DNA of 64,000 nucleotides from Verrucomicrobiaceae bacterium (GTDB lineage Bacteria > Verrucomicrobiota > Verrucomicrobiia > Verrucomicrobiales > Akkermansiaceae), in NCBI GenBank assembly GCA_051252135.1, contig JBPOGH010000004.1, positions 128,001-192,000 on the forward strand, given 5' to 3'. The notes beneath the pieces were generated by a model. It did no database searches. It saw only the letters and a program-made list of their open reading frames with translations, and was not told the origin of the DNA. The position numbers and the translations under genes are program-made. Of this stretch, positions 30,826 through 41,202 are shown piece after piece. How positions within the stretch are numbered: the first letter of the stretch is position 1; each line of letters begins with the position of its first letter.

Positions 30826-32292
30826 TTATTCAACCGGATAGATACGTGATAGCGAAGGAAGGCCGCTGGCTTTAAACTGCTGATCGACGCTATCCGCGAG
30901 ATTCTGATCCAGATATATCCGATAAGGAGTATCATCAGTTTCAATCTCGTGGAGACCGTTGGTCGGAGTTTGGGCCAGGGCTTTTTCCAATTCGGGAAGT
31001 CCGGCGACGGGTTTTCCATTTATCGATTTCACGATCTGGTTTGATATCCGCTCGTAGCCAATAGTGGCTTGGGTCGGGATGACTCTGGTTAGGACGACAA
31101 TTCTCCGACGACCTTCCTCGTAGTCGTCCGGATGACTGAGAACATCGAGGAGATTGAGTGGAGCACGACTGGTCCAGTCCTTACCGAAGGCCTGGAGGTA
31201 GGGTTTTGAGAGCTCCTGAAAGACGAGGCCGCCCTTGATTAGAAAGGGGGGAGCCTGGTCGAACAAATGAGTGGGGACCAAGCGGTCAGAGGATTTTTTG
31301 AGGGTGAATTCCAGATTGAGGATTTCGCCATCGCGCAGGACTTCCGCGCTTATTTTTTCGCCTACCTGGTGTGCGCCGCGGACGAGATGGGTCCAGAAGA
31401 GGGGGCCGTAGTCGGGGTGTTGATAGTAGCCTTTACGATCAATGGGGAATCCGGCAAGGGAGAGAAGAACGTCTCCGACCTTCATTCCGGCGGACTCGGC
31501 GGAACCTCCGGGAACAATCTGATTGAGATAGAGGCCTCCCTGGTCGGCGGGAATTTTCAACCAATCGCGGAAATGAGGGTCTTCAGTGGTGCTGTATCCG
31601 GCACCGAGGCTGGGGAATCCGAAGTAGTCTCCGTCATTTGCGTCATCAAGGAAGGCTTTGATGATATCAATGGAGATGATGTCACAGATTTGGTCCTTGG
31701 AGTTATAGCTGGTGAGGAGGCCGGCAATTGCGTCACCCCGGAAGGCGGGAAGAGTGTAGGAATTGCTTTCGGTTTGCATGGAAGCCTTGAGCTCGTAGCA
31801 GAGGAAGTAGCGACCGCCGACGAAGGTGCTGAGGAGCTCCATGCTTCTGATGGTGCCGAGGGTGCGTTGGCTGTTGCCATTGTCCTCGAGTTGGATGATT
31901 TCGAGTTCATCGCCGGGTTTGTTGGCGGGGCCGGGGCGGATGGCTTGAAGTTGGGCCAGGAATCCGGGGTCCTGTTGGGGGACGAGGAGGGCGAGGTTGG
32001 CATCGTAGTCGATAGCTGCGACCTTGGCGGGGACGGTGTGGGAGGCGTCGGCGGATTCAAACTCGAGATAAATGGCATCGGCGGCCATTTGCGCGGTGGT
32101 GAGGACGCGATTTCCATCGAGGAGGCAACCAAGGCCCTTGCGTTGGCGGGGCGAGGTTTTTTCCCAGGGTTGGGAAGCGCTGTAGTTCTGGAGGGTGGAG
32201 TTGATGCGGACGACGGAGTCAGCGGGATTTGCCTGCAGGTGCAGGGTGGTGGCCAGGATGGTGCAGAGGAGGGCCGTGTTGAAGATGTTCAT
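30826..32292 (-). CDS. Deg/HtrA-like PDZ protein with degenerate catalytic triad (pseudoprotease)
   Basis: Collinear with the neighbouring protease, but TNAHV is TTAQM, DCDLALL is DANLALL and PGNSGGP is ESNSYTLP. Confidence 0.8.
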   Translation of the reverse strand: MNIFNTALLCTILATTLHLQANPADSVVRINSTLQNYSASQPWEKTSPRQRKGLGCLLDGNRVLTTAQMAADAIYLEFESADASHTVPAKVAAIDYDANLALLVPQQDPGFLAQLQAIRPGPANKPGDELEIIQLEDNGNSQRTLGTIRSMELLSTFVGGRYFLCYELKASMQTESNSYTLPAFRGDAIAGLLTSYNSKDQICDIISIDIIKAFLDDANDGDYFGFPSLGAGYSTTEDPHFRDWLKIPADQGGLYLNQIVPGGSAESAGMKVGDVLLSLAGFPIDRKGYYQHPDYGPLFWTHLVRGAHQVGEKISAEVLRDGEILNLEFTLKKSSDRLVPTHLFDQAPPFLIKGGLVFQELSKPYLQAFGKDWTSRAPLNLLDVLSHPDDYEEGRRRIVVLTRVIPTQATIGYERISNQIVKSINGKPVAGLPELEKALAQTPTNGLHEIETDDTPYRIYLDQNLADSVDQQFKASGLPSLSRIYPVE

Positions 32293-32312
32293 GGGTCGGA
32301 AAGGGGAAGGGG

Positions 32313-33785
32313 TTAGTTGAGGTGGGCTTCTTTGCTGATGCCTACTTGTTTCATGATGCGCGGGTGGGCATCGGCAGCGGCCTTTGAGGGGAGGATGAGG
32401 GGGCGTGCTCCGCCGACGAAGCTGATGACGTGGAATTCGGGCGGATTGGGTGCGCGCAGGAGCTCATGGAGTTGGGTGAGGCTGGTGATCTTGGTGTCAT
32501 TTACGGTATCGACGACCATGCCGGAGAAGCCTGCCATGTGGCTGGTGAGTTGATCGCTTTCGACGCGGGTGAGAACGACGAGGTCCTGGCGGTCTTTGAA
32601 GCCGCCCTCGGAGACGTAGTCATCATAGAGTTGGCGGAGTTTGCGGTTATCGAACTTGTAGGTGACGAAGAGGTTGAAATCGAGGGGTTGGAAGACGAGT
32701 CCGGCGTAGACGGTGAACCGGGGTTGCTCGCCGTATTTCATGGCGTACATGCGGGAGGCCTCGAAGGGCTTGAGTTTGACTTTGGCTTCCATCTTTTCGC
32801 CGTCGCGGAGGAAGGTGAAGGAGACTTCATCGTCGGCGAACTTGCGCTCGACGACCTCGTTCATATCGAGGAATTCTCCGCCGACGCGGATGTTTCCGGC
32901 GCTGTCGATGGCGTGGCCGTCGATGGTGAGGAGGATGTCGTTTTGGTGGAGGATTCCTTCGCACTGGGTGCCGGGGATGACGCGGACGATGAGGACGCCC
33001 TTGCCATCGGCGGGGAGGTTGAAGGCCTTGCGCATGGCGGGGTTAAAAAGGGGGAAGGTTGAGATGCCGATATCGACGTAGTGGTCGTATTTTCCGTCCT
33101 CGATGTCCTTGAGGAAGCGGCTGACGACGGGCATGGGGATGATGTAACCGGTGTTGTCGGCCTGGGTGAGGCCCTGGAAGGCGACGCCGACGACTTTTCC
33201 GTCCTGGATGACGGGGCCTCCGGAGTTACCGGGGTTGATGGCGGCATCGATTTGAATGACGAGGTGGGAATCGGCCCGGGAGTGGGAGTAGGGGCGGAAG
33301 TCGATGCGGGAGACGACGCCGCGGGTGACCGAGAGGCGATCGCCGCCGACGGGGTAGCCGATGGCGCTGACTTCTGATTCAAGTCGGGGCATGCCGCCAA
33401 AGGTGAGGGTGGGGAGGTTGAGGAAGGGGGTGAAGTTTTCGACTTCGAGGAGGGCGAGGTCGCAGTCGTGCGCGATGTGGAGAACGCGTGCGGGGTGTTT
33501 TTGTGAGGATCCGCGTTGGGTGATGAGGACGCGCCGGGCATCGGAGACGACGTGGGCGTTGGTGAGAAAGCGGTTGGGGCCGATGAGGAACCCGGTGCCG
33601 ATCCCGCCGGAGAAGCGTCCGGAGTTCCAGGGTGTGGAGTAGTCTGGAGTTTGGGTGGCGACCTCGATCCGGACGACGGAATCGTAGAGAGTGGGCGGGG
33701 TGGCGACGGGGGCGGAATCAAGGAGCTGGGCGGGTGCCAGAGAGGACAGGGAAAGGGCCAAGGTGAGGCAGGAGAGCAAGCGCAT
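32313..33785 (-). CDS. Deg/HtrA family serine protease with PDZ domains (Deg2-like)
   Basis: LTNAHVV, DCDLALL, QIDAAINPGNSGGP; signal peptide from ATG at 33785. Confidence 0.92.
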   Translation of the reverse strand: MRLLSCLTLALSLSSLAPAQLLDSAPVATPPTLYDSVVRIEVATQTPDYSTPWNSGRFSGGIGTGFLIGPNRFLTNAHVVSDARRVLITQRGSSQKHPARVLHIAHDCDLALLEVENFTPFLNLPTLTFGGMPRLESEVSAIGYPVGGDRLSVTRGVVSRIDFRPYSHSRADSHLVIQIDAAINPGNSGGPVIQDGKVVGVAFQGLTQADNTGYIIPMPVVSRFLKDIEDGKYDHYVDIGISTFPLFNPAMRKAFNLPADGKGVLIVRVIPGTQCEGILHQNDILLTIDGHAIDSAGNIRVGGEFLDMNEVVERKFADDEVSFTFLRDGEKMEAKVKLKPFEASRMYAMKYGEQPRFTVYAGLVFQPLDFNLFVTYKFDNRKLRQLYDDYVSEGGFKDRQDLVVLTRVESDQLTSHMAGFSGMVVDTVNDTKITSLTQLHELLRAPNPPEFHVISFVGGARPLILPSKAAADAHPRIMKQVGISKEAHLN

Positions 33786-34022
33786 CGGGAGGAAAACTAA
33801 GTCCGCTTTTTTCATTGGAAAGGAGGAAATCGGACGGATTGGGATTAGTTTGGATACTTAAAAGATACTGATTATCAATAGGTTGGGAAATTCTTTGTAT
33901 CTGTTGTGAAAAAGGGGGGAGGGGTGATTTCGACCTTGGTGAGAGGAGTGAAGGCGGATATAGCCTTTGCACAGCTCTGATAATCAGGTTGTCCCCCAGT
34001 TTTCCCATTACCAACCCAGACT

Positions 34023-34505
34023 ATGAATAAGGTCCGTATTTCCCGTGGCCGATTTTTTGCCTCCGCTTTCCTTTATTTTGTGAGGGCAGCCCTGATCCTT
34101 GCGTTTGTGGGATCCGTGGTATGGGTGGCGACAGATTTTGAGAATGAGGTTGCGGTCTACGTGGTGGCCTCCCTTTTTGGGGGAGGGATACTGGTCGGCT
34201 TGATCTACTATTTCTGTTCTTCGAGCGCGCGTTGTCCGATGTGCGGAGCGGGAGCGTTCGGCGGGTCTTCCTGCTCACGGCATGGAAATGCCCGGAGATT
34301 ATTGGGGAGCTATAATTTGCGAACGGCTACGCGAATTCTGGTGTTATGCCCGCGGGTCAATTGCCAGTATTGCGGGGGGAGCTACCGCTTCCGCGGAGAA
34401 TCGCGATCGGGCGAGCAAGAGCGTTGGGATCTTCCCGCGATCGGGAAGAATACGCCGCAGAAGGGATTCCCGCAAAGCGGGAGCCGGAGGCGGAAGATTG
34501 ATTAG
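34023..34505 (+). CDS. Hypothetical membrane protein with zinc-ribbon-like Cys motifs
   Basis: Two TM helices followed by CPMC, CSRH and CQYC. Confidence 0.65.
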   Translation: MNKVRISRGRFFASAFLYFVRAALILAFVGSVVWVATDFENEVAVYVVASLFGGGILVGLIYYFCSSSARCPMCGAGAFGGSSCSRHGNARRLLGSYNLRTATRILVLCPRVNCQYCGGSYRFRGESRSGEQERWDLPAIGKNTPQKGFPQSGSRRRKID

Positions 34506-35617
34506 ACGTTGAAGCGGAATTCGATGACGTCGCCATCTTTGACGACGTATTCTTTTCCTTCGATGCGGAGCTTGCCGGCTTCGCGGCCTGCGGCTTTTCC
34601 GCCGAGGGCGACGAAGTCATCGTAGTGGATGACTTCGGCAGCGATGAAGCCGCGCTCGAAGTCTCCGTGGATGACTCCGGCGGCGGCGGGGGCCTTGTCG
34701 CCCTCCGTGATGGTCCAGGCGCGGGTTTCCTGAACGCCGGTGGTGATGTAGGTGCGGAGGCCGAGGAGGTGGTAGACGCCCTTGATGAGGTCCGAGACTC
34801 CGGAGTCGGTCACGCCCATGTCGGCGAGAAATTCGGCGGTGTCCTCTGGGGAGAGGTCGACGAGTTCTTCTTCGATCTGGGCGGAGATGACGATGATCTC
34901 GGCGCCATGTGATTCGGCGGCGTATTTTTTGACCTGTGAGACGAGGGGGTGGGATTCGGGGTCGGCAACGGCGGCGGCGAGTTCCGATTCGTTGACGTTG
35001 CAGGCGAAGATGGTCTTTTTGGAAGAGAGGAGGAAGAATTCCTTGAGGAGCTTGCGCTCGTCCGCGGAGAGATCGGCGGTGAGGGCGGGCTTTCCGGCAT
35101 CGAGGTGGGGGAGGAGCTTGGTGATGAGGGCGACCTCGGCGGCGGATTCCTTGTCACCGGACTTGGCTTTCTTTTCGCGGGACTGCTTGCGCTTTTCGAG
35201 GGCGGTGATGTCGGCGAGGATGAGCTCGGAGTTGATGATGTCGATATCACGGGTGGGGTCGACGGTTCCGAGTTCGTGAATGATGTCGTCGTTTTCAAAA
35301 CAGCGGACGACCTGGACGATGGCATCGACCTCGCGGATGTTGGCGAGGAACTTGTTACCGAGGCCGGCGCCTTCGGAGGCGCCTTCGACGAGGCCGGCGA
35401 TGTCGACGAACTCGATGGCGGTGGGGATGACCTTGGTGGACTTGGACATTTCCGAGAGCTTGTTGAGTCGCTCATCGGGCACGGTGACGACGCCTACGTT
35501 GGGGTCGATGGTGCAGAAAGGGTAGTTGGCGGCCTCCGCATTGCGGGTGCGGGTGAGGGCATTGAAAAGGGTGGACTTTCCAACATTGGGCATTCCGACG
35601 ATTCCGGCTTGAAGCAT
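34502..35617 (-). CDS. ychF: Redox-regulated ATPase YchF
   Basis: [50 protein letters not shown]. Confidence 0.98.
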   Translation of the reverse strand: MLQAGIVGMPNVGKSTLFNALTRTRNAEAANYPFCTIDPNVGVVTVPDERLNKLSEMSKSTKVIPTAIEFVDIAGLVEGASEGAGLGNKFLANIREVDAIVQVVRCFENDDIIHELGTVDPTRDIDIINSELILADITALEKRKQSREKKAKSGDKESAAEVALITKLLPHLDAGKPALTADLSADERKLLKEFFLLSSKKTIFACNVNESELAAAVADPESHPLVSQVKKYAAESHGAEIIVISAQIEEELVDLSPEDTAEFLADMGVTDSGVSDLIKGVYHLLGLRTYITTGVQETRAWTITEGDKAPAAAGVIHGDFERGFIAAEVIHYDDFVALGGKAAGREAGKLRIEGKEYVVKDGDVIEFRFNV

Positions 35618-35681
35618 GATGCCGGGGGAAGTAGCGCAGGAACGGGCGGCTGGAAACCCCGAAGTGCGGGGAAGTGTGGAA

Positions 35682-36113
35682 TTAATCCGTTTTGTCGGGG
35701 GCGGGGGCGGTTGATTTTTCGCCGCCGAGGCCTTCCAGGCCGCCGGAAATGTCGAGTCCCGAGCTTTCTCCGGGGTTGAGGGGAGGGAGGAGGCCGAAGG
35801 AGGGCATGCCGGCTCCGGTGGGGAGGTCGCCGGGGTTAAAGTCCTTGGGAGCGAAGAAGGCGCCATTGGTTCCGCCAGCGGAGTAGCTTTTGTTTTTGAG
35901 GGCGCGGTTCCAGGCGAGGTATTTTTCCTGGCCGGTCTTCATTTCCTTAAGGGAGCCTTTTTTGACTTCGACGATGGGGACTTTGCTGCCGCGGAGGTCG
36001 GCGAGCTTGAAGTTCCGGAGGTCGTTCTTATTGAGGCCGGAGACGGAGGGCACGGAGCCGCAGGATGCCAGGAGGCAGAAGGCGAGGGAAAGGAGAATGA
36101 AGGGGGTTTTCAT
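35682..36113 (-). CDS. Hypothetical lipoprotein
   Basis: MKTPFILLSLAFCLLASC lipobox. Confidence 0.7.
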   Translation of the reverse strand: MKTPFILLSLAFCLLASCGSVPSVSGLNKNDLRNFKLADLRGSKVPIVEVKKGSLKEMKTGQEKYLAWNRALKNKSYSAGGTNGAFFAPKDFNPGDLPTGAGMPSFGLLPPLNPGESSGLDISGGLEGLGGEKSTAPAPDKTD

Positions 36114-36257
36114 TGGTTAGGCAATTAGCGGAGGAAAATTTCCTCCATTAACTAGACACGGATATGACTGGATTCGTTCAAAGCTCAATCCCATTTTTTG
36201 TGAGATTTAGTCAGGATTTCCTAGACAAACGGGCGGAATGCCTTTGGGTCAAAGGGA

Positions 36258-36980
36258 ATGAGCGACTTGTATGAGGCGGACGGTGTGGTGGATGAGTATC
36301 TTCTATTTCATTACGGGAGTGCGGAGGAGATTCTGCCGTGGGCGGGGGGGCCACGGGAGGCGTTGGATTTTCCGGTGCGCACGGTGCGGCATTTTTCGAG
36401 CGGGCCGGTGGAGAGGTCACTGGATGTGGGATGTGCGGTGGGGCGGTCGTCCTTTGAGCTGAGTCAGTCGTCGCGGGAGGTGGTGGGGATTGATTTTTCC
36501 AAGGCGTTCATCGGGTGTGCGGAGAAATTGGCGGCGGGGGAGCCGGTGGGGTATTCGCGGCTGGAGGAGGCGGGGGTGCGGACGGCGCTGGAGGCGGGGT
36601 TGCCGGCCGGGAGTCGTGCGGAGCGGGTGAGCTTTGAGGTGGGGGATGCGATGAATTTGCGGGGTGATTTGGGGAGTTTTGATCGGGTGCATGCGGCGAA
36701 TCTGGTGTGCCGGTTGCCGGAGCCACGTCGTTTTTTGAGGAGGCTGCCGGACTTGGTGAGGTCGGGCGGGGAGTTGGTGCTGGCGACGCCGTGCACGTGG
36801 CTGGAGGAATTTACGGCGAAGGAGAATTGGCCGGTGGGGCGGACGCGGGATTGGCTGGAGGCGGAACTGGGGGGAGAGTTTGAGTTGGCGGGGGAGGCCG
36901 ATGAGGCGTTTTTGATCCGGGAGACGGCGCGGAAGTTCCAGTGGACGGTCTCGATGGTGACGAAGTGGGTCCGGAGGTGA
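36258..36980 (+). CDS. SAM-dependent methyltransferase resembling the OvoA C-terminal (mercaptohistidine N-methyltransferase) domain
   Basis: YE...VDEYLLFHYG, LDVGCAVGRSSFEL, GIDFSKAFI, GDAMNL, ANLVCRL, PCTWLEEFT, IRETARKFQW. Confidence 0.75.
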   Translation: MSDLYEADGVVDEYLLFHYGSAEEILPWAGGPREALDFPVRTVRHFSSGPVERSLDVGCAVGRSSFELSQSSREVVGIDFSKAFIGCAEKLAAGEPVGYSRLEEAGVRTALEAGLPAGSRAERVSFEVGDAMNLRGDLGSFDRVHAANLVCRLPEPRRFLRRLPDLVRSGGELVLATPCTWLEEFTAKENWPVGRTRDWLEAELGGEFELAGEADEAFLIRETARKFQWTVSMVTKWVRR

Positions 36981-37020
36981 AAACTTGTGTAACCCTCCGC
37001 GATGGGAGAACATTTCATCA

Positions 37021-38478
37021 ATGATGGAAGAGAAACCGCGTCTCTCGTTTTGGCAGAATTGGAATATGAGCTTCGGGTTTCTCGGAGTGCAGATCGGCTT
37101 TATGCTGCAGTTGGTGTTTATGAGCACCTTGTTTACGAAGCTGGGAGCTTCGCCGAGTGAGATTCCGATTCTTTGGTTGGCGGCACCGCTGACGGGATTG
37201 TTGGTGCAGCCGATCATCGGGTCGATGAGTGACCGGACGTGGAATCGGTTGGGACGGAGGCGTCCGTATTTTTTGTTTGGGGCGATTGCTTCGGCGGTGG
37301 TGTTGTTTTTTATTCCTGATTCGCCGGTGATCTGGTGTGCGGTGCTGGGGCTGTGGATGATGGACACGAGCTTTAACGTGGCGATGGAGCCCTTTCGGGC
37401 GTTTGTGGGGGATAAGCTTCCGGCATCCCAGCGGACGTTGGGTTTTGTGACGCAGAGTTTCTTTATCGGGCTTGGCGGATATATTGGTGGGGCGTTGCCG
37501 GGGTGGCTGACGAAGTTGGGGGTGAGCGGCAATGCTCCCAATGGATTGGGGTTGGATGTTTATTGGGCGTTCAAGATTGGGGCATTGGGGTTGTTGGTGG
37601 CGATTCTGTGGACGGTGTTTACGACGAGGGAGGATCCTCCGGAGGATATGGAGGAGTTTTTGAGGGAGAAGGAGAACAGCGGGCCTTTGTTTGATATTGT
37701 GCCGCGCTGGCTGATCATTGGATTTGTTTCGGGGGCGATTCTGGGTTTTCTGCGGAGTTGGTTGGTGGATTCCAATCCTTCGGTGTTGCACTCAGCGGTC
37801 GGAGGATTGATTGGAACGGCGATCGCTTTGGTGATGTCCAAGGCGGAAGTGGCGGCGGCCTTGCGGGAGATGCCGAAGACGATGAAGCAGCTTGCGGTGG
37901 TGCAGTTTTTTACGTGGCTGGGGTTGTTCTGCATGTGGATGATGTTTGGTCTGGCGACGGCGCAGCAGGTTTTTGGAACGAATGATTCGAGCAGTGCGGC
38001 CTTTGACGAGGGGACGACCTTTGGAGGGAGCACGTTGGGGCTTTACAGCATTGTGTGTTTCCTGGTGGCGTTCCTGATTCCGATGGTGGCGGCGAAGATC
38101 GGGCGGCGGAAGATGCATGCGCTGGCCTTGATCCTGGGTGGGGGGAGTTTGCTGGCGACGGGATTTATTACGGATAAAATGACGTGGAAGCTGATGATGA
38201 TTGGGGTGGGGATTGCCTGGGCGTCGATTCTCTCGATGCCCTATGCGATGCTGTCGACCTCGATTCCGGCGAAGCGGATGGGGGTTTACATGGGGATCTT
38301 TAACTTCTTCATTGTGATTCCCGAGATACTGGCGGCGGTGGCGCTGGAGCCGATTGTGCACCATGTCTTCGGGGACGACCCGGTGAAGGTGGTTCAGTTG
38401 GGAGGGGCATCGATGGCGGTGGCGGCGTTGTGTTGTTTCTTTGTGGGGAAAGAGGCGGAAAGTGACGAATCGGTGTAG
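37021..38478 (+). CDS. MFS sugar transporter (maltose/sucrose-type)
   Basis: WNMSFGFLGVQ, VQPIIGSMSDRT..GRRRPY, WASILSMPYA, GVYMGIFNFFIVIP; next to a GH13 gene. Confidence 0.92.
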   Translation: MMEEKPRLSFWQNWNMSFGFLGVQIGFMLQLVFMSTLFTKLGASPSEIPILWLAAPLTGLLVQPIIGSMSDRTWNRLGRRRPYFLFGAIASAVVLFFIPDSPVIWCAVLGLWMMDTSFNVAMEPFRAFVGDKLPASQRTLGFVTQSFFIGLGGYIGGALPGWLTKLGVSGNAPNGLGLDVYWAFKIGALGLLVAILWTVFTTREDPPEDMEEFLREKENSGPLFDIVPRWLIIGFVSGAILGFLRSWLVDSNPSVLHSAVGGLIGTAIALVMSKAEVAAALREMPKTMKQLAVVQFFTWLGLFCMWMMFGLATAQQVFGTNDSSSAAFDEGTTFGGSTLGLYSIVCFLVAFLIPMVAAKIGRRKMHALALILGGGSLLATGFITDKMTWKLMMIGVGIAWASILSMPYAMLSTSIPAKRMGVYMGIFNFFIVIPEILAAVALEPIVHHVFGDDPVKVVQLGGASMAVAALCCFFVGKEAESDESV

Positions 38479-38482
38479 ATTT

Positions 38483-40285
38483 ATGACAATGATCTGGAGT
38501 CGATGGTTCAAGAACTGCTTAGTGGCGGCGATGAGTATTTCTGCGAGTCAGGCCGAACGAGTGAGCATTTATCAGGTGATGCCGCGGCATTTCGGGAATG
38601 AGAATGAGACGCGGAAGTTCGATGGGACGATGGCGGAGAACGGGTGCGGGAAGTTTTCGGCTTTTAATGAAAAGGCCCTGGGAGAGATCAAGGGGATGGG
38701 GTTTACCCATGTGTGGTTTACGGGGGTGCTGGAGCAGGCGAGCGGGACGGATTATCCGGGGCGGCCGGCTGATGTGAGTGATTTGCTGAAGGGGAAGGCG
38801 GGGAGTCCGTATGCGATCCGGGATTATTTTGATGTGTGTCCGGATTACGCGGATGATCCAACGAAGCGGCTGGATGAATTTCAGGAGCTGCTGAAGCGAT
38901 GCAAGGCGGCGGGGCTGAAGGCGATGATCGACTTTGTGCCAAACCATGTGGCGCGGAGTTATCACTCGGATGTGATGCCGGAGTTGTCCTTTGGGGAGGG
39001 GGATCTGAAGACGGAGTTTTTCCGGAAGGATAACAATTTTTTCTATCTTCAAGGGGAAGGTCCGTTGGTGATGCCATCGGGGAAGGTCTATGAGCCGGAG
39101 CGGGAGTATGGGCGGGTGACGGGGAATAATTCGGCGAACTGGAAGCCTTCGATCCACGATTGGTATGAGACGGTGAAGCTGAATTACGGGCATGATTACA
39201 CGAAGGGGCGGGATACAGCGCACCTGCGGAATCTATCGGATACCGATGTGCCGGATACGTGGAAGAAGATGGATGCGATTTTGGCGCATTGGCAGCGGAT
39301 GGGGGTGGATGGTTTCCGGGTGGATATGGCGCATATGGTGCCGATGGAATTTTGGCAGTGGTCGCTGGCGAAGGCGCGCCAGCGTGATGCGGGGGTGTTT
39401 TTTGCGGCGGAGGCTTATGATACGGATCCGGCGAAGCTGACGGATGGGAACGTGTTGGATGATTTGTTGGATTCGGGGTTTGACGCGGTTTATGATGACC
39501 AGTCCTACGATTTGTTGATGGAGATTTATGACGGGGGAAAGTGGGCGAATGATCTGGATGCGCTGCTTCATGGCGGGCGTTTGCATCAGTCGCTGCGGTA
39601 TGCGGAGAACCACGACGAGGTGCGTCTGGCGAGTCCGAAGACCTGGGGTGGGCTGGGGATGGAGGTGGGGCGTCCGGTGACGGGTCTTCTTTTTGGCCTG
39701 GGCCGGGGTGCGCAGATGATTTATTCGGGACAGGAGACTGGAGAGCCGGCGGCGGGTCCGGAAGGGTTTGGGGGGGATGATGCGCGGACGACGATTTTTG
39801 ATTACTGGAGTCTGCCGACCTTGAACCAGTGGACGAATGGGGGGAAGTTTGATGGGGGTGGATTGAGTGCGGAGCAGAAGGAGCTGCGGGCCTGGTATGC
39901 GGAGTTGCTGAAGGTGACGGCGGGACCGGCGTTTACGGAGGGTGAGTTTTACGGACTCAACCACGCGAACCAAGGGAATGAGGAATTCGGCCGGGTGGAC
40001 GGGGAGACGGCGAGCGGGCATTGGGTGTATGCGTTTTTGCGCAGCGAGCAGAAGAAGGAGGGGGAGACGGTGCTGGTGGTGGTGAATCTGCATCCGCAAC
40101 AATCTTTTGACCGGCTGGTGGTGCAGGTTCCCGACGATGCCTTGGGCTGGGCGGAGCTGGAGGGGGCGCCGAAGTTGAAGCAGGTGTTTGGGTCCGGAGA
40201 GGTTTCCGGAGCGTTGGAGGGGGGACGGGCGGTTTTGACGGCGGTGCCTGCGCTGAGTGTGCAGATGATCAAGCTTTCGCGATAG
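38483..40285 (+). CDS. Alpha-amylase family (GH13) glycoside hydrolase
   Basis: GSPYAIRDY, IDFVPNH, DGFRVDMAHMV, AEAY, ENHDE conserved regions. Confidence 0.93.
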   Translation: MTMIWSRWFKNCLVAAMSISASQAERVSIYQVMPRHFGNENETRKFDGTMAENGCGKFSAFNEKALGEIKGMGFTHVWFTGVLEQASGTDYPGRPADVSDLLKGKAGSPYAIRDYFDVCPDYADDPTKRLDEFQELLKRCKAAGLKAMIDFVPNHVARSYHSDVMPELSFGEGDLKTEFFRKDNNFFYLQGEGPLVMPSGKVYEPEREYGRVTGNNSANWKPSIHDWYETVKLNYGHDYTKGRDTAHLRNLSDTDVPDTWKKMDAILAHWQRMGVDGFRVDMAHMVPMEFWQWSLAKARQRDAGVFFAAEAYDTDPAKLTDGNVLDDLLDSGFDAVYDDQSYDLLMEIYDGGKWANDLDALLHGGRLHQSLRYAENHDEVRLASPKTWGGLGMEVGRPVTGLLFGLGRGAQMIYSGQETGEPAAGPEGFGGDDARTTIFDYWSLPTLNQWTNGGKFDGGGLSAEQKELRAWYAELLKVTAGPAFTEGEFYGLNHANQGNEEFGRVDGETASGHWVYAFLRSEQKKEGETVLVVVNLHPQQSFDRLVVQVPDDALGWAELEGAPKLKQVFGSGEVSGALEGGRAVLTAVPALSVQMIKLSR

Positions 40286-40432
40286 GGCGGAGGGGCGGGT
40301 TTTTAGAAATTAGGGGAGTTTTGCCTTTTTATTAAAAGTTGTTTACATTTTGCAAAAATTAACTAAATTATCAAACGTTCTTCAGAATGGAGCCACTTGG
40401 CTGACCCCTCCCAACTGAACCTTTGATTTGAA

Positions 40433-41107
40433 ATGAAGTTCAATCCGATCTTTGCCCTTTTGCTGATGTCACCGGTTGCGCAAGCCCAGTTGGACTCCGG
40501 CGGGGGAAGTGGGTCCAATCTTGTGGGAAATGGGGATTTTGAGATCAATTCATATGATTACACGAAGGGGAGTGAGGTGATCACCGAGCAGGATGACGCC
40601 TTTGGGTTTGAGAGGGTTGATGCGACCGCGGGAGCGACCGATTGGTTTATGAACAGCGGGGTTTATCGTTATACGAGCGATGGGGATCCCAATTCGGCGG
40701 GAGCGATGGGGGCGGGGAGCGGTTCGATTTTTCAGCAGTTCAGTTTTGATTCGGCGGGAGATTATTCGCTGGATTTTGAGACTTTCATGGATGTGCCCGA
40801 AGGGTTGGGTGATCCGACGGCGATCGGGCTCTCGGTGGTGCTGGGAACGACGGGAGTGGGGGCGAGCAATCTGATTTCTGATACCTTTACGGAGAGTTAT
40901 GACGGGCAGACGTCATCGAGGTCCTATTCCTTCAGTGTGGCGGAAGGGCAGGTGGGTGAGACCTATCGGCTGACCTTCTCCCGGACGGGGACCGAGAAGG
41001 CGCTGGCTTATGTGGATAATGTGAGTGTGGCAGCGGTGCCCGAGCCGGGATCCGCGATGCTGGTGACGCTTGCGGGGCTCGTTGTGCTGCGTCGTCGGCG
41101 TGCGTAG
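40433..41107 (+). CDS. PEP-CTERM sorting domain protein
   Basis: Signal peptide; NLVGNGDFE; C-terminal VPEPGSAMLVTLAGLVVLRRRRA. Confidence 0.93.
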   Translation: MKFNPIFALLLMSPVAQAQLDSGGGSGSNLVGNGDFEINSYDYTKGSEVITEQDDAFGFERVDATAGATDWFMNSGVYRYTSDGDPNSAGAMGAGSGSIFQQFSFDSAGDYSLDFETFMDVPEGLGDPTAIGLSVVLGTTGVGASNLISDTFTESYDGQTSSRSYSFSVAEGQVGETYRLTFSRTGTEKALAYVDNVSVAAVPEPGSAMLVTLAGLVVLRRRRA

Positions 41108-41202
41108 GGGGGCGCCTTTTTAAAATCACGGCGGGACGGATCCTGCGTTTTTTTTGTGTCGCGAACGACGGGGGGAGGGAATTTGAAGCCCGGGAGCTTT
41201 GG

